35,762 bases of DNA. Source: an uncultured Melioribacter sp. Its GTDB lineage: Bacteria > Bacteroidota > Ignavibacteria > Ignavibacteriales > Melioribacteraceae. Shown here piece after piece: positions 20,780 through 30,890 of the stretch. The notes under the pieces were generated by a model, which had not been told where the DNA came from, did not search any database, and saw only the letters and a program-made list of their open reading frames with translations. Both the position numbers and the translations under genes were made by a program. Within the stretch, counting starts at the first letter, position 1. Each line of letters starts with the position of its first letter. The DNA lies in NCBI GenBank assembly GCA_964387045.1, contig CAYLVF010000001.1, forward strand, positions 1 to 35,762. The letters run 5' to 3'.

Positions 20780-23475
20780 TTTTTCACCGTGAGAAACAGT
20801 AAATTAAATTTTGTACCGATATGTTTTTCGCTTTCGACAGAAATATCGACATTATTTAATTCGCAGTATTTTTTAACTAGAGCCAAACCCAGTCCATTCC
20901 CCTCATACTTCCTAGTATAACCGTGTTCTTCTTGAGTAAACGGAGAGAACAACCTTGGTAGATACTCTTTTGAAATTCCAATTCCTGTATCAATAATTTC
21001 CGCTTTAATTTTATCACCCATACTTGTAATGTTGATGGAGATATTCCCTTTATGAGTGTATTTAATTGCGTTGTGAATTAAGTTGTCAAATATTTGTCTA
21101 ACCGAGTATTCATCTCCAATGATTTTTGAATCAGTTGCATTATTATTTATAGTAAGAGAAAGTTTTTTTTCGTTTGCAAGCCGGGAAAGTTCCGGATACA
21201 AATTAATCAGGATATCTTGATAAATATCGATCTCAACAAATTTGGATTGATAAGAGCCGGTTTGTAACTGCGACATGTTAAGTATTAAATCAATCGTTCT
21301 AATAATTCTTCGCGATGCGTTATCAACAATGCTGAAGCTGTTAAAGAGCTCTTCGCTTAAAACTCCCCGCACTTCATCTTTTATTAAATTGGAAAAACTA
21401 AAGATCACGTTAATCGGCGTTCTTATTTCGTGGGACATTTGCGCCAGGAACTCGCTTTTTAATTTGTCCGATTGTTCGGCGGTGTTCTTTGCTTCAATTA
21501 TTTTTTCTTCTGCATGCTTTTGATTGGTAATGTCTTCGATAATTCCTTCATAATAAATGACATTTCCCTTGCTGTCTTTAACGGCACGCGCGCTTTCTCT
21601 TATATTAAATGTTGAACCGTCTTTTCTTTTAGCTACAGTCTCGAAACCGTGAAGCTCTCCTTTTCTATTCATTTCTTTTACAAAGTAATCTCTAGTCGTA
21701 GGATTGTCATACAAAGCTTTAGATGCCTCCATATTTTTAAATTCAACAACCGAGCGGTACCCTAACAATTTACATAAAGCGGGGTTTGCCATAATTATTT
21801 CGCCGGAGGGGGTGGTGCGGTAGATTCCCAATATTGCATTTTCATATAAACTACGGAATCTTTCCTCGCTTTCTTTTAAAGCCTGTTCAGCTTTAAATTT
21901 TTCCGTTACATTTCTTAATGCGCCGGTTATACCGATTACGGTACCATCATCATCTTTAATAGGAGACTCGGAAACCTGAACATAAATTCGGTTCTTATCT
22001 TTCCGCATTAATTCAAGCAAATATTCTTCTTGTTTTTCCCCGGTCTGAATTGCTCTCGAGGTATTCATAAAGCCTATTTGATTGATGGGGTTGTCGGTTG
22101 TAAGATCTGTCCACTTAATCATTAATTCAACGGGTGTATAACCAAGGAATTCAAAGCATTGTGGGCTTACATATTTTAGCACATGGTTTGTATCGTGAAT
22201 GTAGAACATCTCATTGCTATGCTCAATAATGTTTCTAAGTTTTTGTTCGCTTTCTTTTAATGCATTCTCTGTTCGTTTTCTATCGGTTATATCCCGCAGC
22301 ATTCCGATAATGGAAAGCTTACTATCTAGAACAGCCCTAGAACCAAAAACTTCAGCATAAATTATTTTACCTGTTTTTGTGATACCCCTAAATTCGTAAT
22401 GGAGACTCGACATATCTTCGTTAAGTCGCTTTTGAATATTTTCATTTACCAATTCCCGGTCATCGGGATGCACAACATCTTTAGGCGACAACTTGTTTAT
22501 GATTTCCTCGGGGTCATATTCAAAAGTTTTTGCCAAATGAGGGTTAACATAAGTAAGAAGTCCATCAGTAATTATGTATATGCCGATCATAGACTGTTCA
22601 ACAAGAGTTTCATATTTGCTGGCAAAGTTAATCGCCTCTATCTCTACTTTCTTTTTTTCGGATACATCAAGCTGCACAACTTGCAGAGCCGGTCTGCCGT
22701 TGTAATTAATAAATGAAGCAAGGACTTCAATCCAATAGATTGTTTCGTCTTTTCTTATCGCTCTAAATTCTTGTTTGGGTGAAATTCTTTTCCCTTCAAA
22801 ACTTAATCGCATTAGCTCAAAAAGTCTCTCTCTATCATCCGGATGAATTAAATGTTTCACGCCGTTCATATCTAACTCAATCAACTCATTCATTGAGTAA
22901 CCAGAAATTTCTGCCGCCCGTTGGTTGGCAAAAGCAATTCTAAAATCTTGTATGATAAATATTGCTTGAAGTGAATTTTCTATTATACTTTTGTATGCAT
23001 CTTCAAAATTATCGGACGCTTTCTTTTCCTGAAAAATAATATGAACTGCTTTTTTTATTTCATCATCATAATCGACAAGCTCTGCATTTAGCTCGAACAC
23101 TTTTTTGCTTTTCTCTTTGGATTTTAAAGTAACGGTTTCTTGGTAAGAAGCTATCTCTTTTGAGAAAAGTTTTTTGATGTTCTTTTTAATTACGCCGTGC
23201 TTATTTTCTGCAGAGATAAAATTGATAAAATCCCGGCTTATAATGTCTTCTTTTATGTTTCCAACTAATTCTGCAAAGAAATCATTTACAAACAAAACTT
23301 TATCTTTGTTGTCAACTGCAGCCATCGGGAACGGAGTGTTATTAAATAACACATCTGCCTTTTGTTTATTCATCGAAAGAGATTTATACCGTTCAACTTC
23401 AAAGGCAAGTTTGTCTAAGCGGTTAACAAGTTCGGGCAGAGAAAGTCCGCCGTGTTTTGAGTGTGGTTTTTCCAT
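20776..23475 (-). CDS. Cytoplasmic multi-PAS sensor histidine kinase
   Basis: 899 aa. About five PAS/PAC-like repeats, each ending in a ...DITxRK/DVSEKK/NVTEKF/DITNQK junction. H-box SHEIRTPIN and ATPase motifs NLIHNAIKYT, DTGIGI and GNGLGLALV. No obvious TM segments and no receiver domain. Confidence 0.9.
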   Translation of the reverse strand: MEKPHSKHGGLSLPELVNRLDKLAFEVERYKSLSMNKQKADVLFNNTPFPMAAVDNKDKVLFVNDFFAELVGNIKEDIISRDFINFISAENKHGVIKKNIKKLFSKEIASYQETVTLKSKEKSKKVFELNAELVDYDDEIKKAVHIIFQEKKASDNFEDAYKSIIENSLQAIFIIQDFRIAFANQRAAEISGYSMNELIELDMNGVKHLIHPDDRERLFELMRLSFEGKRISPKQEFRAIRKDETIYWIEVLASFINYNGRPALQVVQLDVSEKKKVEIEAINFASKYETLVEQSMIGIYIITDGLLTYVNPHLAKTFEYDPEEIINKLSPKDVVHPDDRELVNENIQKRLNEDMSSLHYEFRGITKTGKIIYAEVFGSRAVLDSKLSIIGMLRDITDRKRTENALKESEQKLRNIIEHSNEMFYIHDTNHVLKYVSPQCFEFLGYTPVELMIKWTDLTTDNPINQIGFMNTSRAIQTGEKQEEYLLELMRKDKNRIYVQVSESPIKDDDGTVIGITGALRNVTEKFKAEQALKESEERFRSLYENAILGIYRTTPSGEIIMANPALCKLLGYRSVVEFKNMEASKALYDNPTTRDYFVKEMNRKGELHGFETVAKRKDGSTFNIRESARAVKDSKGNVIYYEGIIEDITNQKHAEEKIIEAKNTAEQSDKLKSEFLAQMSHEIRTPINVIFSFSNLIKDEVRGVLSEELFNSFSIVDNASRRIIRTIDLILNMSQLQTGSYQSKFVEIDIYQDILINLYPELSRLANEKKLSLTINNNATDSKIIGDEYSVRQIFDNLIHNAIKYTHKGNISINITSMGDKIKAEIIDTGIGISKEYLPRLFSPFTQEEHGYTRKYEGNGLGLALVKKYCELNNVDISVESEKHIGTKFNLLFLTVKN

Positions 23476-23588
23476 TCTGGCGCTAGTTCTGATTCATGTA
23501 ATAGAGTAATAAAAAGTTAAGGATAACAGGTGCTATATACAACTTTGATTAAAACAAAACAGATTGACCATTGAATCATTACAATTAA

Positions 23589-24935
23589 TTATTGAACATT
23601 GCTAAATACTTTGTAAGACCAGGGTTCAAGATTCAATTCATCATTTCCGGTAATAAAAATTTTTTCGCCGGAAATGGCATCTAAATAGCTGCCGGCTATA
23701 GATCTGTTTTTTAATTTTATTGTTTGCGGGTTTGCAGAGAGATTTATAATTACAAATACTTTATCGCCTTCTTTTTCTCTTAGAAATGAATATACTTGTT
23801 TGTCTTTCCCTGTTTTTATTTTTTGAATTTTCCCACCGAAGTTTCCGTTCCACAAAGCTTTATTTTCTTTTTTCAAAACAAATAGTTTTTTATATAAATC
23901 ATAAAACCGATGTTCCTTCCACTCAATTACATCTTTTTCAAAAAATTCAAGACGTTTATCAAGCCCGGCTTCCTGTCCGCTGTATACAAGCGGCATCCCT
24001 TCAACGGTAGCCGAAAGGACGAGCATTGCTTCGGCAGCGTCTCCCATTCTTTCAAATACTGTTCCGTTCCAGGAATTCTCATCGTGATTAGATGTAAAAG
24101 TCATTCTATATGCTTCTTCAGGATATTCTTTTCTTTCTGACTTCCAATATTTATCTAAATCTTCAACCGATTTTTCTCCTTTTGCAATATCATTCATAAG
24201 ATGATGTAAATCCCAAGCATAAGTCATATCGAATGCATATTCATGCAATTCGGGAGTTTCCCATTCGGCTAGCATAAATACCGGTTTAATTTCATCAAGC
24301 TCTTTTCTTACTTCATTCCAGAATTTTGTTGGAACCATTCCGGCAACATCGCATCTGTATCCGTCAATATCGCATTGTTCAACCCAAAATTTTAATGCGC
24401 CTTTCATATACTCCCATAACTCTTTGTTGTCATAATTAAAGTCAATAACATCACTCCAATCCGGAACCGGGGGCACAAAATTTCCGTCATCATCCGTTGT
24501 AAAAAATTCAGGATTAGTTTCCACTAGATTGTTATCCCATGCGGCGTGATTAGCAACCCAATCAATTATAACATACATACCCATCTCGTGAATTTGATTA
24601 ACAAGAGATTTAAACTCATTAATTGTACCGTGTTCCGGATTAACAGCCATGAAATCTTTTACGGAATAATAACTTCCCAAAGATCCTTTTCTATTTTTTT
24701 CTCCGATAGGATGAATAGGCATAAACCAAAGAATATCTATTCCCATTTCTTTTAATCGAGGCAGATGTTCGGCAAAAGCATTGAATGTTCCCTCTTCGGT
24801 AAATTGTCTTAGGTTAACTTCATATATAACTGCATTTTTACTCCACTCGGGGTGGGTTACATAACTTTTCTGGGCAAATATTTTGAAACCGAAAATTGAT
24901 ATCATAAGCAAAATTATTATTGTTTTGTTTTTCAA
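23589..24935 (-). CDS. Secreted GH13 alpha-amylase family glycosidase
   Basis: Signal peptide present. GH13 conserved regions DWVANH, GYRCDVAGMV, MLAEWE and FTSNHDEN. Confidence 0.9.
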   Translation of the reverse strand: MKNKTIIILLMISIFGFKIFAQKSYVTHPEWSKNAVIYEVNLRQFTEEGTFNAFAEHLPRLKEMGIDILWFMPIHPIGEKNRKGSLGSYYSVKDFMAVNPEHGTINEFKSLVNQIHEMGMYVIIDWVANHAAWDNNLVETNPEFFTTDDDGNFVPPVPDWSDVIDFNYDNKELWEYMKGALKFWVEQCDIDGYRCDVAGMVPTKFWNEVRKELDEIKPVFMLAEWETPELHEYAFDMTYAWDLHHLMNDIAKGEKSVEDLDKYWKSERKEYPEEAYRMTFTSNHDENSWNGTVFERMGDAAEAMLVLSATVEGMPLVYSGQEAGLDKRLEFFEKDVIEWKEHRFYDLYKKLFVLKKENKALWNGNFGGKIQKIKTGKDKQVYSFLREKEGDKVFVIINLSANPQTIKLKNRSIAGSYLDAISGEKIFITGNDELNLEPWSYKVFSNVQ

Positions 24936-25038
24936 TTTTTCCTCAAATTTGTATGAAGATATAAAAATGTTTCTGTTTTAAAATTACCAAATAATTAATA
25001 GATTTTAATCATATTTTAGTAAAAAAGAGCTAACACAA

Positions 25039-26172
25039 ATGAAAAAATATTTTGATGACCCGGTAATCAAATTCTTTGTGAGTATAATCGGTCTGGCAGT
25101 AATATTTATTGTTTTAAGAGAACTGCATCATATATTTATTCCGTTTGTTATCTCGTATTTTCTGTTTTTCATATTCGAACCGCTGAATAAATTTTTAGTC
25201 GAGAAAAAGATTCCTTCGGTCCTTACAATATTCGTTGATCTTTTCATAATGATATTAATTATTTGGGGTATTTCAAGAATTGTTATAGAATCGTTCAGCA
25301 GATTTGCCGAGCAAATAAATGTATACGAACAAAAGCTGAACAGCATTGTAAGTAATACGGCAATCTCGATAGGAATAGAAGATCCGTTCTTTACAGAATT
25401 CAGTTTACTCGGTATTATAGAAGACCTTGATTACGGAGGAATTGCCGGCAGCTTCTTTACTTCAACTCTCACAATTTTTTCAACAACTTTTTTTGTTTTG
25501 TTCTTTTTTATTTTTATAAGTATCGGGCACAAAAATCTTTACGAAGTAGTTAAGGGGCGGTTTGTCGATAGGCAAGTTAAAGGATCGCTTAAAAAAATCA
25601 AGAAACAGATTAAGAAACAGGAAGTACCGGTTAACGAAAGCACAAACACGTTAGAAAATCTCAAGGTTAATCGAGGCGTACAAATAGAAAAAACTTTTAA
25701 AGACATTACTTCACAAGTGCAAAGATACATTGCGACAAAGTTTTTGCTTAGTTTGCTCACCGGCTCATTAGCGGGTTTTATACTTTGGATATTCGGCGTT
25801 GACTTCTTTGTTGTTTGGGGTGTCTTTGCTTTTTTGTTGAACTTTATACCGAACATAGGGTCAGCTATTGCTGTAATTTTACCCGCGGTTATGACGCTTG
25901 TTCAATACGAATCCCTCGGATATGCTCTTTTGGTTACCGCCATCCTTATTGTAATTCAGACTATAATCGGTAACGGAATAGAGCCTAAAATCTTAGGAGA
26001 TAGATTGGGATTAAATCCGCTTGTTATTCTACTCTCATTATTATTGTGGGGATATATTTGGGGAATTGTGGGAATGTTTCTCTCTGTTCCGTTAACGGCA
26101 GTCGCAAAAATTATCATGTCAAACTCGCACTCGGAGAATTTAAATTTTATAAGTGATTTAATGGGGAACTAA
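25039..26172 (+). CDS. AI-2E family transporter (PerM/UPF0118 permease)
   Basis: 377 aa, polytopic. The C-terminal conserved block reads GNGIEPKILGDRLGLNPLVILLSLLLWGYIWGIVGMFLSVPLTA. Confidence 0.85.
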   Translation: MKKYFDDPVIKFFVSIIGLAVIFIVLRELHHIFIPFVISYFLFFIFEPLNKFLVEKKIPSVLTIFVDLFIMILIIWGISRIVIESFSRFAEQINVYEQKLNSIVSNTAISIGIEDPFFTEFSLLGIIEDLDYGGIAGSFFTSTLTIFSTTFFVLFFFIFISIGHKNLYEVVKGRFVDRQVKGSLKKIKKQIKKQEVPVNESTNTLENLKVNRGVQIEKTFKDITSQVQRYIATKFLLSLLTGSLAGFILWIFGVDFFVVWGVFAFLLNFIPNIGSAIAVILPAVMTLVQYESLGYALLVTAILIVIQTIIGNGIEPKILGDRLGLNPLVILLSLLLWGYIWGIVGMFLSVPLTAVAKIIMSNSHSENLNFISDLMGN

Positions 26173-26423
26173 CTCGCAAAACAATCGAAAAGAGGAAAGG
26201 AAAGAATATCATAGAGCAAAATCTAACACAAAATTTTTAGTGAAAACGAAATTCCCTAATGCATTGTTTTTTAATTAGTTAAAACCCCGCCCCGGAAACT
26301 CTTAGAAACCCTGCACAAAGAGCCTAAACCCCCTGAAGTAAAAAAATTAATAATGCTTTAACACAAAAATTTTATTATATTTCTGCTAATTGAGAATAAT
26401 TTATTTATTAATTAAGGATGGTT

Positions 26424-26866
26424 GAAGTTAAGCTGATGATCCAAGCATGGCAATTACCCCGACTAAGTCGGGGAGGAAAGTCCGAACTCCGTAGAGCAGG
26501 GTGCCGGGTAACACCCGGGTTCCGCATTGCGAAAGCAGCCGGAAACGGCTAGTGCCGCAGAAAACATACTACCAGTCTGTTTAGACTGGCAAAGGTGAAA
26601 TGGCGGGGTAAGAGCCCACCGCTTCGGTAGTAATACCGGAGGTCCCTTTGTAGGGAGTCCCGACTTGTCGGGATCAAGGTAAACCCCACTCGGAGCAAGG
26701 TCAAGCAGAAGGTTCTTCTTTTTTGAAGTGCGGGTTGCTCGCCCGTTTTCCTTCGGGTAGACCGCTAGATTCCAATAGTAATATTGGGACAAGATAAATA
26801 ATTGCCGTCCGTCAACCGACGGATTACAGAATTCGGCTTATATGCTTGGACTTTTAGCTTTTCTTC
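26424..26866 (+). ncRNA. rnpB: RNase P RNA, bacterial type A
   Basis: Universal blocks GGAGGAAAGTCCGAAC, GGGTAACACCCGG, GTGCCGCAGAAAA, GGTGAAATGGCGGGGTAAGAGCCCACC, GGTAAACCCCACTCGGAGCAAG and ACAGAATTCGGCTTA. P1 pairs the 5' GAAGTTAAGCT..CCAAGCAT with the 3' ATGCTTGG..AGCTTTTCTTC. The region is GC-rich in an AT-rich genome. Ends are good to about 10 nt. Confidence 0.9.
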
Positions 26867-26879
26867 TCCAGTGTTAACT

Positions 26880-28610
26880 ATGTTAAAAAAACGCTGGAAG
26901 CTTAAAGAAGGCAGTAACCAGACAGATGTTCTGGCTCTTGCCGACAGCCTAAATATATCCCCCGTTTTAGCCAACCTTTTAATTGCAAGAGGCATCTCAA
27001 ACTTTCACGAAGCAAAATCATACTTCCGCCCATCTTTAGACGGAATGCACGATCCTTTTTTGATGAATGGAATGGAAGAAGCCTCTATTAGAGTTATTAA
27101 TGCAATTACAGGAAATCAAAGAATTGCCGTATACGGCGATTATGATGTTGATGGTACATGTTCGGCAGCGTTAATGTATTTGTTCCTCAAAGAACTTGGC
27201 GCAAACGTGGAAATTTATATTCCCAATAGATTAACCGAGGGATATGGTTTGTCAATTGAAGGCATCGATTATCTTAAAGAACAAAAGACCGATTTAATCA
27301 TCACGGTTGATTGCGGAATTACCGCTGTTGAAGAAATTAACCACGCAAATACTATCGGTATCGATTCCATAATTTGTGATCACCACAAGCCGAAAGAAAT
27401 AATTCCAAATGCGGTTGCCGTTCTTGACCCGCTAAAACCGGGCTGTAATTATCCGTTCAAGTTTCTTTCAGGTGCCGGAGTTGCCTTTAAACTCGCTCAA
27501 GCCATAGGTAATAGAATCGGGCATAAAGATATGGCTCTGAAACATCTTGACCTGGTTGCTCTTGCCGGTGCCGCGGATATCGTTCCTTTGGTTGATGAAA
27601 ATAGGATTCTTGTTAGAGAAGGACTTGATTTAATTAATAGGAACCCTAGACCAGGTATTCTAGCTTTAATAAGAAGTGCGAGAATGGAGCCGGGAAATTT
27701 AAGTGCCGGACAAATTGTTTTTACAATTGCACCTAGAATAAATGCAGTCGGAAGATTAGGGGATGCAATTCGTGCTGTCGATTTATTTATTACGCAAAAC
27801 CCAGAGGATGCAATTAAACTTGCAGAAGTTCTTGAAAGCGAAAACCAGCAAAGAAGAAAAATTGACGAAGCGACCTTTTCACATGCGGTTGAACTTGTTG
27901 AAGGAGATCACGATTTTCATGAAAATTATGGAATCATTTTACATGATGATAATTGGCACCCCGGAGTTATTGGTATTGTCGCTTCGCGGCTGGTTGAAAA
28001 ATATTATCGTCCTTCGATAATGCTTTCTACAATTGACGGTGTTGCAAAAGGTTCTGCCCGAAGTATTTCCGGGTTTAATATTTATAAGGCTCTAGAATAT
28101 TCTGAAGATCTATTGTTGCAATTTGGAGGTCATGAAGCTGCCGCCGGATTAGCTATTGAAATTGATAAAATTCCCGAATTCAAAAAGAGATTCAATAATT
28201 ATTTACGGGAAAATCTATCGCAAGAAGAAATTCTCCCTGAAATTCATATTGATACTAAGGTTTCTCTTTCCGAAATAACACCAAAATTTGTTAGAATACT
28301 AAATCAATTCGCTCCGTTCGGACCGGGAAATATGAGACCGGTTTTTCTATCTGAAAATGTTCAGCTTGTTTACCCACCCAAAATTGTTGGTACGAATCAC
28401 CTTCTAACATGTGTTAAACAAAACGGCAACGATAAAATTTTCGATTCGATCGGATTCAATCTCGGATATTTTGCCGACAAGATTGATAAAGAAAAAAATC
28501 TTGTTGATATGGCATTCACCATTGAAACGGTCGTTAAAGACGGAAAATCTTATCCGCAGCTTAGAATAAAAGATCTAAAAGTAAAAGAGAAAGAACTAGT
28601 AAGTAATTAG
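26880..28610 (+). CDS. recJ: Single-stranded-DNA-specific exonuclease RecJ
   Basis: DHH-family motifs VYGDYDVDGTCS, TVDCGI and ICDHHKP, plus DHHA1 GGHEAAAG. Start moved to ATG 26880 (MLKKRWKLKEG) because the tracked 26802 start lies inside rnpB. Confidence 0.92.
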   Translation: MLKKRWKLKEGSNQTDVLALADSLNISPVLANLLIARGISNFHEAKSYFRPSLDGMHDPFLMNGMEEASIRVINAITGNQRIAVYGDYDVDGTCSAALMYLFLKELGANVEIYIPNRLTEGYGLSIEGIDYLKEQKTDLIITVDCGITAVEEINHANTIGIDSIICDHHKPKEIIPNAVAVLDPLKPGCNYPFKFLSGAGVAFKLAQAIGNRIGHKDMALKHLDLVALAGAADIVPLVDENRILVREGLDLINRNPRPGILALIRSARMEPGNLSAGQIVFTIAPRINAVGRLGDAIRAVDLFITQNPEDAIKLAEVLESENQQRRKIDEATFSHAVELVEGDHDFHENYGIILHDDNWHPGVIGIVASRLVEKYYRPSIMLSTIDGVAKGSARSISGFNIYKALEYSEDLLLQFGGHEAAAGLAIEIDKIPEFKKRFNNYLRENLSQEEILPEIHIDTKVSLSEITPKFVRILNQFAPFGPGNMRPVFLSENVQLVYPPKIVGTNHLLTCVKQNGNDKIFDSIGFNLGYFADKIDKEKNLVDMAFTIETVVKDGKSYPQLRIKDLKVKEKELVSN

Positions 28611-28622
28611 GAGAAACAGTTT

Positions 28623-29354
28623 ATGTCCGGTCACTCAAAATGGTCGACTATCAAAAGAAAGAAAGCAGTTATTGATGCCAAACGCGGCAAGATATTTACG
28701 AAGCTTATAAAAGAAATAACGGTTGCCGCAAGAAACGGCGGCGGAGACCCCGACGCAAATCCGCGGTTACGGCTTGCGGTTGATAATGCGAAAGCAGCAA
28801 ACATGCCTGCCGATAATATTGAACGTGCGATCAAAAAAGCAACAGGCGAGCTTGAAGGCGTTAGTTATTCCGAAATGACTTATGAAGGATACGCTCCCGG
28901 TGGTGTCGCCGTTATGATCGAAAGTGTTACGGATAATAAAAATAGAACTGTTGCCGAAATACGTCATGCATTCAGTAAACACGGCGGCAGTATGGCAGAA
29001 TCCGGTGCGGTATCATACGGATTTGATCGTAAAGGAGTTATAGCCATTCCATCTCAAGGTAAAACAGAAGATGATATTATGGAAATAGTGTTAGATGCAG
29101 GTGCGGATGACATAACGACAGAAGAAAATTATTTTGAAATAACCACAGCCGTTGAAAATTTTGAAAGCGTCAGAAAAGCATTGAGTGGTGCCGGACTAGA
29201 GATAGAAAACGCCTCACTTCAATGGGTTGCACAGAATATGATTGAAGTAAAAGGAGAAGAAAGCGAAAGAATCATGAAACTTATCGATATGCTCGAAGAT
29301 AATGATGATGTTCAAAACGTTTTTACTAATGCTGATTTTGTTGAAGAAGAATAG
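28623..29354 (+). CDS. yebC: YebC/PmpR family DNA-binding transcriptional regulator
   Basis: The N terminus MSGHSKWSTIKRKKAVIDAKRGKIFTKL is diagnostic. 243 aa, located upstream of ruvC. Confidence 0.93.
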   Translation: MSGHSKWSTIKRKKAVIDAKRGKIFTKLIKEITVAARNGGGDPDANPRLRLAVDNAKAANMPADNIERAIKKATGELEGVSYSEMTYEGYAPGGVAVMIESVTDNKNRTVAEIRHAFSKHGGSMAESGAVSYGFDRKGVIAIPSQGKTEDDIMEIVLDAGADDITTEENYFEITTAVENFESVRKALSGAGLEIENASLQWVAQNMIEVKGEESERIMKLIDMLEDNDDVQNVFTNADFVEEE

Positions 29355-29362
29355 TAAATAAA

Positions 29363-29902
29363 ATGATTATACTCGGAATCGACCCCGGAACAATTTACAC
29401 CGGTTTCGGAGTAGTTAAATATTATCGAAATCAACTGAGCTTGATTGATTCCGGTATAATTAAAACACCTGCCGTTAAAGAAATGGCTCCACGCCTCGAA
29501 GCAATTTACAATGAACTTACTTTATTAATAAGAAAATACGATCCCGATGCCTTTGCACTCGAGACAGCATTTTATGGAAAGAATGTTCAATCGGCTTTAA
29601 AGATTGGATATGCACGAGGTGTTTCAATGCTTGCGGCAAAACATAATAATTTAGATACCGCGGAATATAGCCCAAGGGAAGTTAAAAAATCTGTGGTCGG
29701 AAACGGAGCTGCATCAAAAGAACAGGTGCAGTATATGATCAAAAAACTTTTGAGTATAAGAAAAACAAAAATTAAATTTGATGAAACAGATGCACTTGCA
29801 GTTGCAATCTGTCATGCATTCAAAATGACATCACCGCTAAAAAATGCGGGAAGCTGGAAAAAATTTGTGGAAGCAAATCCGGATAAAGTACTAAGTAAAT
29901 GA
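29363..29902 (+). CDS. ruvC: Crossover junction endodeoxyribonuclease RuvC
   Basis: Motifs MIILGIDPGTIYTGFGV and ...DETDALAVAICHA. 179 aa. Confidence 0.92.
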   Translation: MIILGIDPGTIYTGFGVVKYYRNQLSLIDSGIIKTPAVKEMAPRLEAIYNELTLLIRKYDPDAFALETAFYGKNVQSALKIGYARGVSMLAAKHNNLDTAEYSPREVKKSVVGNGAASKEQVQYMIKKLLSIRKTKIKFDETDALAVAICHAFKMTSPLKNAGSWKKFVEANPDKVLSK

Positions 29903-29953
29903 TCATTGTTAGCGTCTTAATAGTCAATAGAAAATAATCAATAGTAAATCGAG

Positions 29954-30547
29954 ATGATTGGATATTTAACCGGTAAAATAATTTCAAAGAAGCCGACAAG
30001 AATTTTACTCGATGTAAACGGTGTCGGTTATACCGTCAATGTATCTTTTTCTACTTTTGAGAAGCTTCCCGATTTAAATGAATCCGCTTCTTTATTTATT
30101 CATACATCCGTAAAAGAAGATGCAATTGATTTGTACGGATTTTTTACCCCATCCGAAAAAGAAATGTTTGAGCTATTAATTAGTGTTAGTGGAATAGGAC
30201 CGAAGTTAGCGCAAAGTTTGCTCTCCGGCATTCAGGTAGATGAATTAAAATATGCTATTTATGAAGGCAATTTATCGAGAATAACAGCCGTGCCAGGTAT
30301 AGGCAGAAAAACTGCCGAAAGATTACTGCTTGAATTGAGGGATAAGATAAATAAACTTACCGAAAAATTTGAACCCGCCGAAGCGGGGGCACCCTCATCT
30401 ATAAGATCGGATGCCATCGCAGCTCTTGTTAATTTGGGTTACAATCTCAAAACAGCCGAAAAGATTGTACGTGATGTAATGAACTCACGAACATCAGTAA
30501 CAATCGAAGATGTAATCAAGGAAGCACTCTCGCAATTAAATAAATAA
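29954..30547 (+). CDS. ruvA: Holliday junction branch migration complex subunit RuvA
   Basis: Starts MIGYLTGKI. Helix-hairpin-helix motifs ISVSGIGPKLAQ and VPGIGRKTAERL. 197 aa. Confidence 0.92.
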   Translation: MIGYLTGKIISKKPTRILLDVNGVGYTVNVSFSTFEKLPDLNESASLFIHTSVKEDAIDLYGFFTPSEKEMFELLISVSGIGPKLAQSLLSGIQVDELKYAIYEGNLSRITAVPGIGRKTAERLLLELRDKINKLTEKFEPAEAGAPSSIRSDAIAALVNLGYNLKTAEKIVRDVMNSRTSVTIEDVIKEALSQLNK

Positions 30548-30760
30548 CTATCCTATTAAAGAATAAGCTATCTCATCAAGCTCGAGTTCGGTAATCTTAT
30601 ACTTTACTCGATTTCTATCTTCGATGTTTCCGATACTTTCTGCCGTAAGATGAACAATTTTATTTGAAACTCCTTCGCCCTCTAAATTTAGTTGAGATTG
30701 AAAAATAAGTGATGAACTGTGTATTTGGTATTCTCCGTCTGTTCCAATAAATGTAGTCAC
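30548..30760 (-). CDS. Hypothetical 70-aa protein of no recognised family
   Basis: GTG start preceded by AAGAGG 5 nt upstream. The stop codon is directly adjacent to the ruvA stop (convergent, zero gap). No recognisable motif. Confidence 0.4.
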   Translation of the reverse strand: MTTFIGTDGEYQIHSSSLIFQSQLNLEGEGVSNKIVHLTAESIGNIEDRNRVKYKITELELDEIAYSLIG

Positions 30761-30867
30761 AGCGACCTCTTTCGTTTATTTTAGGACATGAGGTGCATTT
30801 TGCGTGCCACAGCATAAAATTGCGTGGGAACGTATAATCTGCATTCTTTTTAGTGAAATTGTAACAA

Positions 30868-30890
30868 ATTAAGATATGGTGTCTCGAAAT
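30868..30890. repeat. Copy 1 of a 23-bp direct repeat (ATTAAGATATGGTGTCTCGAAAT)
   Basis: Matches 31591-31613 at 21 of 23 positions. Lies just downstream of the yoeB stop. Confidence 0.7.

Noticed and set aside
15079-25856. Antisense or alternate-frame ORFs inside larger CDSs. In the M1 peptidase: 15079-15261, 15520-15729. In the S8 peptidase: 17446-17664, 17505-17717, 18053-18259, 18918-19136, 19028-19273. In PPK2: 19932-20135, 20314-20547. In the kinase: 21275-21523, 22399-22716, 23174-23509. In the amylase: 23786-24010, 23910-24140, 24546-24755. In the AI-2E permease: 25128-25346, 25539-25856.
   Set aside because: All are contained in larger, motif-supported CDSs and show no recognisable features.
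26281-26333. Three AAACCC(C)-containing motifs (aaaaccccgcccc, gaaaccctgc, taaaccccctg) spaced about 20-24 bp apart upstream of rnpB
   Set aside because: These are only three short, imperfect copies. I cannot distinguish them from chance or from simple promoter context without genome-wide statistics.
26463-26995. Tracked ORFs 26463-26792(-) and 26765-26995(-), plus the 26802-26879 N-terminal extension of recJ
   Set aside because: They lie on top of the RNase P RNA gene, a GC-rich structured RNA that gives long spurious frames. recJ has a sensible ATG at 26880.
27763-28982. ORFs 27763-28020(+), 28631-28834(-) and 28767-28982(-)
   Set aside because: They sit in alternate frames or antisense within recJ and yebC, so I regard them as spurious.
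29921-29944. TCAATAG direct repeat (29924-29930 and 29938-29944) in the ruvC-ruvA spacer
   Set aside because: It is a 7-bp repeat in AT-rich DNA, too short to be meaningful without conservation data.
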